DNA of 50,164 bases from Candidatus Methylomirabilota bacterium. GTDB lineage: Bacteria; Methylomirabilota; Methylomirabilia; Rokubacteriales; CSP1-6. Position 1 is the stretch's first letter, and each line of letters opens with the position of its first letter. The DNA lies in NCBI GenBank assembly GCA_035948165.1, contig DASZJM010000129.1:1-50164 (forward strand), written 5' to 3'. Under the pieces are notes generated by a model, which saw only the letters and a list, made by a program, of their open reading frames with translations, was not told the DNA's origin and made no database searches. This document shows, piece after piece, positions 8,518 to 14,879 of the stretch. A program made the translations under genes and the position numbers.

Positions 8518-8916
8518 TCAGGAGCCGGCGCCCCTCCGCAGGGTCACCATCACCAGCCGCGCCACCTCCGGATCGTCGGACAGCTCGACGACCACGAAGT
8601 CGCCGATGTGCACGTCGCCGAGGGTGATCGTGCGGTCCCGGAACGCGTCCTTGAAGTCCCGCCCGGTGTAGTTGCGTTCCGACGAGACGACGAGAGCGTC
8701 GCGGGGCACCTGGATCCGCAGCGCGCGGCGCTCGCCGCCCACCCCAAACTCGTCGACGGTAATGGTCCGGGCCTGAGGGTCCACCGCGAGCACCGTCCCC
8801 GCGTGGCGCTCGCCCGCGGGGGCCGCCGCCGGCATGACCGCCGCGCCGACCAGGAGCGCGAGCAGCGCCATCAGGCCGAAGCCGAGTCCGGCCCGTCGGC
8901 CCAGCCCGAGTCTCAC
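8518..8916 (-). CDS. Hypothetical small secreted protein
   Basis: Tail of ORF 8518..9483. A GTG at 8916 overlaps the upstream stop (GTGA) and gives the signal peptide VRLGLGRRAGLGFGLMALLALLVGAAVMPAAAPA. Alternative ATG at 8871. No family recognised. Confidence 0.55.
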   Translation of the reverse strand: MRLGLGRRAGLGFGLMALLALLVGAAVMPAAAPAGERHAGTVLAVDPQARTITVDEFGVGGERRALRIQVPRDALVVSSERNYTGRDFKDAFRDRTITLGDVHIGDFVVVELSDDPEVARLVMVTLRRGAGS

Positions 8917-9539
8917 GACCGGGGCGAGGCGGGCGCGCTGAATTCCGCCGCCTTCATCTTCCGAACCAGCTCGGCGTACGAGGAGGTCTGGATGATCTTG
9001 TCGAACTGGGTCCGGTAGTTGTTGATCAAGCTCACGCCCTCGACGGAGACATCGTACACGAGCCACCGCTCGCCCCGCTGCTGCATGCGGTAATCGATCG
9101 GCACCTCGGTTCCCTGCTTGGTGACGAAGCGGGTGCGCACGGTCGCGAGCGCTCCGTCGACCGCCTCGCCCGCGTAGGCGATGCGCTCCCCGCTGTAGCG
9201 CTCGATCTTCGAGATGTAGGCGCGCTCGATCAGATCGGCGAAGAGCCCGGTGAACTCCTGGCGGTCCTTCTCCGAGAGATTCTGCCAGTGCCGCCCGAGC
9301 GCGCGCTTGGCGGTCTCGCCGAAGTCGAAGACCCCTTCCGCCTCCTTGCGAATCGCGGCCCGGCGGTCCGCCGCGCGCGACTCGGCCTTGAGCGCCGGAT
9401 CTTCCAGGACCTTGATGATCTGCTCCACCGAGGACTTGAGCTGATCGGTGGGCGCCCCGGCGTCGGCCGACGCCGGGGCACACGCCACGAGTCCCGCGAG
9501 CGTCACCAGGACGATGCGCGCGACCCGATCCACGCGCAT
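8913..9539 (-). CDS. MlaC/Ttg2D-family phospholipid-binding protein with signal peptide (possible lipobox LVAC)
   Basis: MRVDRVARIVLVTLAGLVACAPASADA..., then FDFGETAKRALGRHWQNLSEKDRQEF...WLVYDVSVEGVSLINNYRTQFDKII, which is typical of the toluene-tolerance Ttg2D/MlaC family. Confidence 0.8.
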   Translation of the reverse strand: MRVDRVARIVLVTLAGLVACAPASADAGAPTDQLKSSVEQIIKVLEDPALKAESRAADRRAAIRKEAEGVFDFGETAKRALGRHWQNLSEKDRQEFTGLFADLIERAYISKIERYSGERIAYAGEAVDGALATVRTRFVTKQGTEVPIDYRMQQRGERWLVYDVSVEGVSLINNYRTQFDKIIQTSSYAELVRKMKAAEFSAPASPRS

Positions 9540-9541
9540 TC

Positions 9542-9898
9542 TCAGGCGGCCCGGCCCAGCAAGGCGGGGTCGACCTTGATGTGATCCTCGATACGGAAGT
9601 CGGACCGGCTCCGCGAGATCTCCCGCGTGGCGACGTCCATCGCGGCGGTGCGGAACTCCGCCTTCGGTACCGCGCCGCTGATCTCGACGACCAGCGGGGT
9701 CCCCTTCCACAGCGGCAAGTGCGCCGTCGGGGTCAGGGGCATGCCGGAGAGGGCAGCATCCATCAGCAGGGCATCCGAGACTCTCGCCTGGGCGGCTACC
9801 GCTTCCTCCTCCCGCTTGCGCTTGAGATCGTAGAGCTTCACCGCGATCCCGAGCAGCACGACCAGGGACAGCATCGCTGCGACGACGATGATTTCCAT
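9542..9898 (-). CDS. Membrane-anchored protein with weak BON-like C-terminal domain
   Basis: Start at MEIIVVAAMLSLVVLLGIAV (ATG 9898, RBS GGAGG). C-terminal PLVVEISGAVPKAEFRTAAMDVATREI...IEDHIKV resembles the BON pattern. Family call is tentative. Confidence 0.5.
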   Translation of the reverse strand: MEIIVVAAMLSLVVLLGIAVKLYDLKRKREEEAVAAQARVSDALLMDAALSGMPLTPTAHLPLWKGTPLVVEISGAVPKAEFRTAAMDVATREISRSRSDFRIEDHIKVDPALLGRAA

Positions 9899-9927
9899 GG
9901 TTGTCACCTCCCTGGGGCCGGGGAACT

Positions 9928-9942
9928 GCATCGCGCGTGCCA
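9928..9942 (-). promoter_or_regulatory. Sigma-54-like -24/-12 element upstream of the BON-like/MlaC-like/secreted/PBP gene string
   Basis: Reverse strand reads TGGCACG-cgcg-ATGCA (one mismatch in the -12 TTGC). 29 nt to ATG 9898 with RBS GGAGG. Confidence 0.5.
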
Positions 9943-10071
9943 CAGAATCCGCGGCCGGATCGACTCCAAGTTACCATCGCGTAAGCCGTCGATCATCACA
10001 ACTGGACGAAGTGTCTCGACCGAGTAGGAATTTCCCGGACGATCGTGTAAACCTTCCCGGCACGCGATGCG

Positions 10072-10686
10072 TCAACGGGCCCCCTGCGCCAGCGGGTCCC
10101 AGGCCCATTCGTCGGCGAGCACCGCCCGCGCCACGTCGCCCAGACGCTGCCGCGAGTCCATTGCCTGCTTGCGCAGCCAGCGGAAAGCCTCGGCCTCGCT
10201 CAGGTGCCGATCGCTCATGAGCTTGCCCTTGGCCTGGTCCACGAGCGGCCGCTCGGCGCGCGCCTGCTGCATGCGCCGGATGTCACGAAACCGCGCGAGG
10301 GCCAGATCGAGCGTCGGGGCGACCTCGGCCGCCCGGAGCGGCTTGAGCATGAAGCCCAACACCCCGGCCCGATTGGCCTGCTTCACCACCGCGGCGCCGG
10401 TGTCCCGCGTGAACAGCACGGCCGGACAGTCGCACGCTGCAGTGATCTGCGGCATCAGGGCCGGCTCCCGTCGCCCCGAGAGGCTGGGGGCGATGATCAG
10501 CACGTCGGGCCGCGTCTGCTGCATCAGCGCCACCGCGTCGAGACGCAGCGGCGCCTCCAGCGCCACCGTGCCCCCCGCGTCCTCCACGGCGGCGCGCAGC
10601 GAGGCGCGCGACGCGGCGTCGCCGTCGAGGACGGCGACCCGCCATCTCGGGGAACCACTTCTCCAGACCCTTCCGATCATTCGCAT
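10072..10686 (-). CDS. ANTAR-domain RNA-binding antiterminator with atypical (pseudo) receiver domain
   Basis: MRMIGRV...RVAVLDGDAAS...PDVLIIAPSLSG (Ala where the phospho-acceptor Asp is expected)...FMLKPL. C-terminal ANTAR helices LVDQAKGKLMSDRHLSEAEAFRWLRKQAMDSRQRLGDVARAVL. Confidence 0.85.
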   Translation of the reverse strand: MRMIGRVWRSGSPRWRVAVLDGDAASRASLRAAVEDAGGTVALEAPLRLDAVALMQQTRPDVLIIAPSLSGRREPALMPQITAACDCPAVLFTRDTGAAVVKQANRAGVLGFMLKPLRAAEVAPTLDLALARFRDIRRMQQARAERPLVDQAKGKLMSDRHLSEAEAFRWLRKQAMDSRQRLGDVARAVLADEWAWDPLAQGAR

Positions 10687-10712
10687 GGCACCTCCTGAGG
10701 CGTCGCCCCGTC

Positions 10713-10727
10713 GCAACCCTTGTGCCA
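10713..10727 (-). promoter_or_regulatory. Sigma-54 type -24/-12 promoter element upstream of the ANTAR regulator gene
   Basis: Reverse strand reads exactly TGGCAC-aaggg-TTGC. 26 nt to ATG 10686 with RBS AGGAGG. Confidence 0.6.
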
Positions 10728-10889
10728 ACGAAACGGGCTCCGGCGACGCGGGTCGGGCGCCCGACGGGCGAAGAAATTTCCGCTTCCCCCGAGAAGTTCT
10801 TCCCATGTTTCTGATGCTCCCTATGGGCGGTCGGCGCCGTCTCCGGGCCCACTCGCGGTTCGAAGCCGCGACTCGGCGCGGTCATCGGG

Positions 10890-10904
10890 TGGCACATCAC
10901 TTGC
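10890..10904 (+). promoter_or_regulatory. Sigma-54 type -24/-12 promoter element upstream of the SPOR-protein gene
   Basis: Exact TGGCAC-atcac-TTGC (followed by GT). Only 14 nt to ATG 10919. Confidence 0.55.
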
Positions 10905-10918
10905 GTGCAGTCGTCGTC

Positions 10919-11839
10919 ATGCTCAGGCTCAAGGGAGAACCGGACGCCGACGACGCTCTGCCAGAGGACGAGGGCCGGTCCCGGGCGGTTGACCGCGACG
11001 AGACGGACGAGCTCACCGGCAGGGACGTTTTTCCGAATGCCGGGCAGGATCCCGGCCGGAGAGCCGCGGCCGACGACGACGAGGATGAGCGCTACGACCC
11101 CTGGAGGCCCGAGCGGACCTTCCCGCTGCGGGGCCTCGTCATCGCGGGAGCGGCCTTCGCTCCCACATTCTTGCTGATCTTCTTCGGCCTGCCCTACCTA
11201 GTGGACTCCGCAGCGCCGACCCGGACGCCGAGCGCGCCCGTCGCCACCGTCGTGCCGGAGCCCGATTTGAAGAGCTTCCCGCCACTCTCGGAGGCGGCCC
11301 GTGGCGACGCCCGTGCCGGCGCTTCGAATTCGCGGGGCGCGCCGGGCAACCGCACGACGGGCGATCTCTTCCGCAACAACGCGCCGCCGGCGCCGGTCCC
11401 CCCGGCACCGGTCCCGACAGTGCCGATCACGCCAGCGCCGATCCCAGAGGAGCCGAAGGTCGAGGAGCGCGCCGCCGCGGTCGCGCCGGAGCCGCCTCCG
11501 TCCCTGCCGCCCGCACGCCCGACTCCGACTCCGGCGGAACGGCCGGCCGCCCGCGAGCCCCGGGCGCCCGAGACCCCACGCGCGGCGGCGCTGCCGCCGC
11601 CCTCGGCGCCCGCCCCTACTCCCGCGCCGCCGGTGGTGCCCGAACCGCGCCGCGCCGCCCGCGAGTCTCGCGAGTGGACGCCGGCGGCCGCCTTCACGGA
11701 TCGCGCGGCGGCCGGACGGCTGGCGAGCAGCATCGAGAAACAGGGCTATCCCGTCGAGATCCGACAGGATGCCTCGTCCTCGAGGCCGTGGGTGGTGTGG
11801 ATCGGCGCCCAGCCTAGCGGCGGCTCGCGCCGCCGCTAG
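10919..11839 (+). CDS. SPOR-domain (septal peptidoglycan-binding) protein with TM segment and long Pro/Ala-rich linker
   Basis: C-terminal part of ORF 10067..11839. TM LVIAGAAFAPTFLLIFFGLPYL, a proline-rich linker, and C-terminal AAFTDRAAAGRLASSIEKQGYPVEIRQD...WVVWIGAQP, which is SPOR-like. The earlier part of the ORF is antisense to the ANTAR gene. Confidence 0.7.
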   Translation: MLRLKGEPDADDALPEDEGRSRAVDRDETDELTGRDVFPNAGQDPGRRAAADDDEDERYDPWRPERTFPLRGLVIAGAAFAPTFLLIFFGLPYLVDSAAPTRTPSAPVATVVPEPDLKSFPPLSEAARGDARAGASNSRGAPGNRTTGDLFRNNAPPAPVPPAPVPTVPITPAPIPEEPKVEERAAAVAPEPPPSLPPARPTPTPAERPAAREPRAPETPRAAALPPPSAPAPTPAPPVVPEPRRAARESREWTPAAAFTDRAAAGRLASSIEKQGYPVEIRQDASSSRPWVVWIGAQPSGGSRRR

Positions 11840-11849
11840 GCGGCGCGGT

Positions 11850-13235
11850 CTAGGCGCGCTTCTCCGGCTGACGATCCAGCTGCAGCTCCCGCCAGCGGCG
11901 TGCCTTGTTGTGGAGGGTCTTCGGGGTGGTTCCCAGGATCTCGGCCGCGCGGGTCTTGTTGTTGTTCACCGACTGGAGCGTTCTCAGGATCAGCGCGCGC
12001 TCGCCATCGTCGAGGGTGGTCCCGAGCGGGAGGACCACCACGTTGGCCCGCTCCACCGGCGGGGTGCCGAGCGGCGACAGGGGCAGGCACTCGGGCGTGA
12101 TGAGCCCTTCCTCGCACGACACCACCGCGCGCTCGATCACGTTGCGGAGCTCGCGGACGTTGCCCGGCCAGTTGTGCTCGTTCAAGAGCTTGAGCGCGGC
12201 GCCGTCGACGCTGCGCACCTGACGGCTGTACTTCTCGTTGAACTCGGCGATGAACGCGTCGGCGAGCAGCGCGATGTCCTCCGGGCGCCGCCGCAGCGGC
12301 GGCAGCGGAATCGTCAGCACGTTGACCCGGTAGTAGAGGTCCTCGCGGAACACGCCCTCCTGCACCGCCTTGACCACGTCCTTGTTGGTCGCGGCCACCA
12401 CGCGCACGTCGACGCCGATCTCGTCGTGCCCGCCCACCCGGCGCACCTGGCTGTCCTGGAGCACGCGGAGGTACTTCGCCTGCAGGTTCGAGCTCATCTC
12501 CGCGATCTCGTCGAGGAAGATCGTGCCGCCGTCGGCCAGCTCGAAGTAGCCGGGCCGCCGGGCCATCGCGCCGGTGAACGCCCCCTTCTCGTGCCCGAAC
12601 AGCTCGCTCTCGAGGAGGGTCTCGGGGATCGCCGAGCAGTTGACCGCCACGAACGGCCCCTTCGCCCGCTGGGACATCTGGTGGATCGTACGGGCCACCA
12701 GCTCCTTGCCGGTCCCCGTCTCGCCCAGGATCAGCACCGGGGCCGGGCTCGGGGCCGCCATCTCGATCAGGCGATAGACCTCCTGCATCGCCGCGCTCAC
12801 GCCGAGGAGCGGGCCGAGCCCGCGGCTCTCCTTGAGCTGGCGGCGGAGCACGGTGACCTCGCGGTTCACCTGCACCTTCTCGACCGCCTTCTCGACCAGC
12901 ACGCGCAGCCGGCGCGGGTCCACCGGCTTGGTCATGTAGTCGTAGGCGCCCTCCCGCATGGCCGACACCGCGGTCTCGATCGAGCCATGAGCGGTCAGCA
13001 GGATCACCGCCGCCTCCGGCACCGCGGCGGCCAGGGGCTTCAGCAGCCCGATGCCGTCGATCACGGGCATGATCATGTCGGCGATCACCACCGAGGGCCG
13101 GAACGCGGGCGCGCGCTCGAGCGCATCCTTGCCGTCCACGGCCTCCTGCACCTCGTACCCCCACATGCTCAGGAGCGCCGCCAGCCCACTGCGGCCGGAC
13201 TCGTCGTCGTCAGCGATCAGGATGCGGTGCTTCAT
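11850..13235 (-). CDS. NtrC-family sigma-54-dependent response regulator (receiver + AAA+ + HTH)
   Basis: MKHRILIADDDESG...VVIADMIMP...TKPV receiver. AAA+ motifs GETGTGKE and GAFTGA (HEKGAFTGA), then WPGNVRELRNVIERA. C-terminal HTH NKTRAAEILGTTPKTLHNK. No adjacent kinase. Confidence 0.95.
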   Translation of the reverse strand: MKHRILIADDDESGRSGLAALLSMWGYEVQEAVDGKDALERAPAFRPSVVIADMIMPVIDGIGLLKPLAAAVPEAAVILLTAHGSIETAVSAMREGAYDYMTKPVDPRRLRVLVEKAVEKVQVNREVTVLRRQLKESRGLGPLLGVSAAMQEVYRLIEMAAPSPAPVLILGETGTGKELVARTIHQMSQRAKGPFVAVNCSAIPETLLESELFGHEKGAFTGAMARRPGYFELADGGTIFLDEIAEMSSNLQAKYLRVLQDSQVRRVGGHDEIGVDVRVVAATNKDVVKAVQEGVFREDLYYRVNVLTIPLPPLRRRPEDIALLADAFIAEFNEKYSRQVRSVDGAALKLLNEHNWPGNVRELRNVIERAVVSCEEGLITPECLPLSPLGTPPVERANVVVLPLGTTLDDGERALILRTLQSVNNNKTRAAEILGTTPKTLHNKARRWRELQLDRQPEKRA

Positions 13236-13303
13236 TGTTCGTCCCCTTTCGGGTGAGGGATGTGCGTCGCTGGCAAGCTCGATTGACACTCCGCGTCCGG
13301 ACT

Positions 13304-13318
13304 GCAATCGATGTGCCT
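13304..13318 (-). promoter_or_regulatory. Sigma-54-like -24/-12 element upstream of the NtrC-family activator gene
   Basis: Reverse strand reads AGGCAC-atcga-TTGCA (one mismatch, first base). 68 nt to ATG 13235. Confidence 0.45.
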
Positions 13319-13398
13319 CGAAATTTCCCGGTAAAAAAAGGTTCCGGCTCTGAGGCCACAAGTCCATTTCAAACTGCCGCTTTGCACCACGACCTGAA

Positions 13399-13444
13399 GG
13401 CTGGATCTGAGCCCCGGGATCCAGCCCTGCCGCCCGGGCGGCAG
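13399..13444. terminator. Tandem GC-rich hairpins downstream of the PPC-domain gene; T-tract present only on the + strand
   Basis: GGCTGGATC-tgagccccgg-GATCCAGCC (13399-13426), immediately followed by the perfect 18-bp palindrome CTGCCGCCCGGGCGGCAG (13427-13444), then gaagATTTTA. Confidence 0.5.
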
Positions 13445-13462
13445 GAAGATTTTACCGTGTAG

Positions 13463-13927
13463 TTACCACCCGGTGGCTGCGGTATCCCCCCAATCGAGGT
13501 CGATAAGGGCGAGACCGGTGACCGGGTCCGTCTTCCTCTGGAGCGTGGCCTGCTCCTCCACGAGGGTGACCTCGAGGGTCGGGTCCACGCTCCCCCCGAG
13601 CAGGTGCCCACCGAGCGCCCCTCCGTCCGACCGCCCGACGACCACGTGGGCGTGCACGCGAGGGCTCCCCTGGTCCAGGGCGATGTTGCCGATCAGCGAG
13701 ACGACCTCGACCTGCTCCCGGATGACCCGACGCCGGTAATCCCGACGGGCGTGGTCGAAGAAGCCCAGGGTCACCGCCGCGAACGCGCCGATGCCGGTCA
13801 GCGAGGCGGCACGGAGGTCGAAGCGCTTGGCCACGTCGGTCAGGGCCTCCACCGGATCGTCGCCCCGGTCGCAGACCAGGACGAAGGTGCGCCGGCCCCC
13901 CGTATCGCCCAGCTGCCGGATCTTCAC
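13463..13927 (-). CDS. PPC (DUF296) domain protein
   Basis: 154 aa. FVLVCDRGDDPVEALTDVAKRFDLRAASLTGIGAF...VEVVSLIGNIA...HAHVVVGRSDGGALGGHLLGGSV.PTLEV matches the PPC/DUF296 pattern. Confidence 0.75.
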   Translation of the reverse strand: MKIRQLGDTGGRRTFVLVCDRGDDPVEALTDVAKRFDLRAASLTGIGAFAAVTLGFFDHARRDYRRRVIREQVEVVSLIGNIALDQGSPRVHAHVVVGRSDGGALGGHLLGGSVDPTLEVTLVEEQATLQRKTDPVTGLALIDLDWGDTAATGW

Positions 13928-13941
13928 GGTGCGCGCTCCTC

Positions 13942-14427
13942 TCAGGCCCGCTCGGCCACCGCTTCCTTGTCGCGCTTCCGCAGCCCCACCAGACAGGTCA
14001 CCAGCACGCCGGTCATGACGGTGAGCAGGCCGAGCTCGATCATCGCGTAGCGGAAGGCGGACTCGCCCTGGTCCGCGAGAGTCCCGAACTCCGCGGTGAT
14101 GACCAGGATGCGCCGCACCCCCGCGATGAGGGCCACCAGCACGAACGGCTCGGGCACCAGCACGTGCTCCCGGAACGAGACCTGCACGGTGTAGAGGATC
14201 TCGATGATCATGAGGATCAGGAGCAGCTGGTCCAGCACCGCCACCACGCTCGGCGCGACCGCACCGCCCAAGAGGCCCCGGCCGAAGTGGACCCCCGCGT
14301 TCACGAGCAGGGCCGCGCCCCCCGCCGCGAGCACCACCCCGAGGCCCACGTAGAGCACGTCCTCGACCTTGGTGAACGCCTGCGCGATCCGCTCGCGCGC
14401 GGGCGCGCTCTGGCTCGTGCGGCTCAT
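13942..14427 (-). CDS. PsiE-like (phosphate-starvation-inducible E family) membrane protein
   Basis: Start at MSRTSQSAP (ATG 14427) within ORF 13942..14646. Four TM segments and LLLILMIIEILYTVQVSF...LVALIAGVRRILVIT, typical of the PsiE family. Confidence 0.6.
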   Translation of the reverse strand: MSRTSQSAPARERIAQAFTKVEDVLYVGLGVVLAAGGAALLVNAGVHFGRGLLGGAVAPSVVAVLDQLLLILMIIEILYTVQVSFREHVLVPEPFVLVALIAGVRRILVITAEFGTLADQGESAFRYAMIELGLLTVMTGVLVTCLVGLRKRDKEAVAERA

Positions 14428-14461
14428 CGCCCGACGCCCCGGAGCCCCCGCCGCCACCGGG

Positions 14462-14614
14462 TCACAGCCGCCCGGTGAGCACGAGGGCCAGCAGGATGAG
14501 GAGCGCCACCGTGAGCGCGCTGCTCGGGTAGTAGCCCCAGTCCCGGCTGTACGGCCACGCCGGAATCGCGCCGAGCGCCAGCACGACCAGGACCACGATG
14601 AGCACGAGCGGCAT
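14462..14614 (-). CDS. DUF3309-family small membrane protein (50 aa)
   Basis: MPLVLIVVLVVLALGAIPAWPYSRDWGYYPSSALTVALLILLALVLTGRL. The PxWPYSRxWGYYPS core is characteristic. RBS GGAGG upstream. Confidence 0.75.
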   Translation of the reverse strand: MPLVLIVVLVVLALGAIPAWPYSRDWGYYPSSALTVALLILLALVLTGRL

Positions 14615-14642
14615 GTCGAGATCGCCTCCGGCCCGGTACGGG

Positions 14643-14657
14643 GCAATCGCTGTGCCA
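14643..14657 (-). promoter_or_regulatory. Sigma-54 type -24/-12 promoter element upstream of the DUF3309/PsiE-like/PPC gene string
   Basis: Reverse strand reads exactly TGGCAC-agcga-TTGC. 28 nt to ATG 14614 with RBS GGAGG. Confidence 0.6.
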
Positions 14658-14752
14658 GCCGATGGGCACGCGCCGCCCGTCGCTAAGCGCTCGGAATTCG
14701 ACACGGCGGCGGAGTCCTCGACCCCGCGCCCGCGCCGGCCACGCGCGCGGCG

Positions 14753-14782
14753 CCGGTAAACGTTACCGGAGCGGCCCGGTAA
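14753..14782. promoter_or_regulatory. Perfect palindrome CCGGTAA-acg-TTACCGG plus a third CCGGTAA half-site (candidate activator or operator site)
   Basis: 14753-14769 is a 17-bp perfect inverted repeat, with a third half-site at 14776-14782. It lies 96-125 nt upstream of the -24 element at 14657 (minus strand) and about 40-55 nt upstream of the weak + strand element at 14808. Confidence 0.4.
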
Positions 14783-14807
14783 CGCCGACCGGACCGTCGC
14801 GTCTTTC

Positions 14808-14822
14808 TGGCGCGTGGCCCGC
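14808..14822 (+). promoter_or_regulatory. Weak sigma-54-like element (GG-N10-GC only) upstream of the TM-helix/treY/treZ string
   Basis: TGGCGC-gtggc-CCGC. The GG/GC invariants are correctly spaced but the -12 TT is missing. 57 nt to ATG 14880 with RBS GGAGG. Could easily be chance. Confidence 0.2.
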
Positions 14823-14879
14823 GTGGTACCGTGTGAACGACTTGCTGGCGTCGACCCTGCTCTTCTGGAGGCGCGGATC

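Noticed and set aside
10058-10072. CGGCAC-gcga-TGCGT on the + strand near the ANTAR gene stop
   Set aside because: GG to GC spacing is two nt short, and it faces the 3' end of a minus-strand gene.
10854-10878. tRNA-like T-arm (CGCGG-TTCGAAG-CCGCG) in the ANTAR/SPOR spacer
   Set aside because: The 7 nt following the arm (ACTCGGC) have no complementary acceptor strand at the expected position about 66 nt upstream (TGTTTCT), and no D or anticodon arms could be drawn. Not a tRNA.
10067-10918. N-terminal 284 codons of the 590-aa ORF 10067..11839
   Set aside because: This part is antisense to the well-supported ANTAR gene and crosses an intergenic region containing promoter elements. Only the part from ATG 10919 has TM/Pro-rich/SPOR features.
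13271-13286. TGGCAA-gctcga-TTGA on the + strand, resembling a sigma-54 element
   Set aside because: The spacing is one nt too long, the -12 is TTGA rather than TTGC, and it points toward a minus-strand gene. Probably chance.
13235-13462. 75-aa + strand ORF filling the activator/PPC spacer
   Set aside because: Poor codon bias. It crosses hairpins, an A7 run and the promoter-like element. No RBS and no recognisable motifs.
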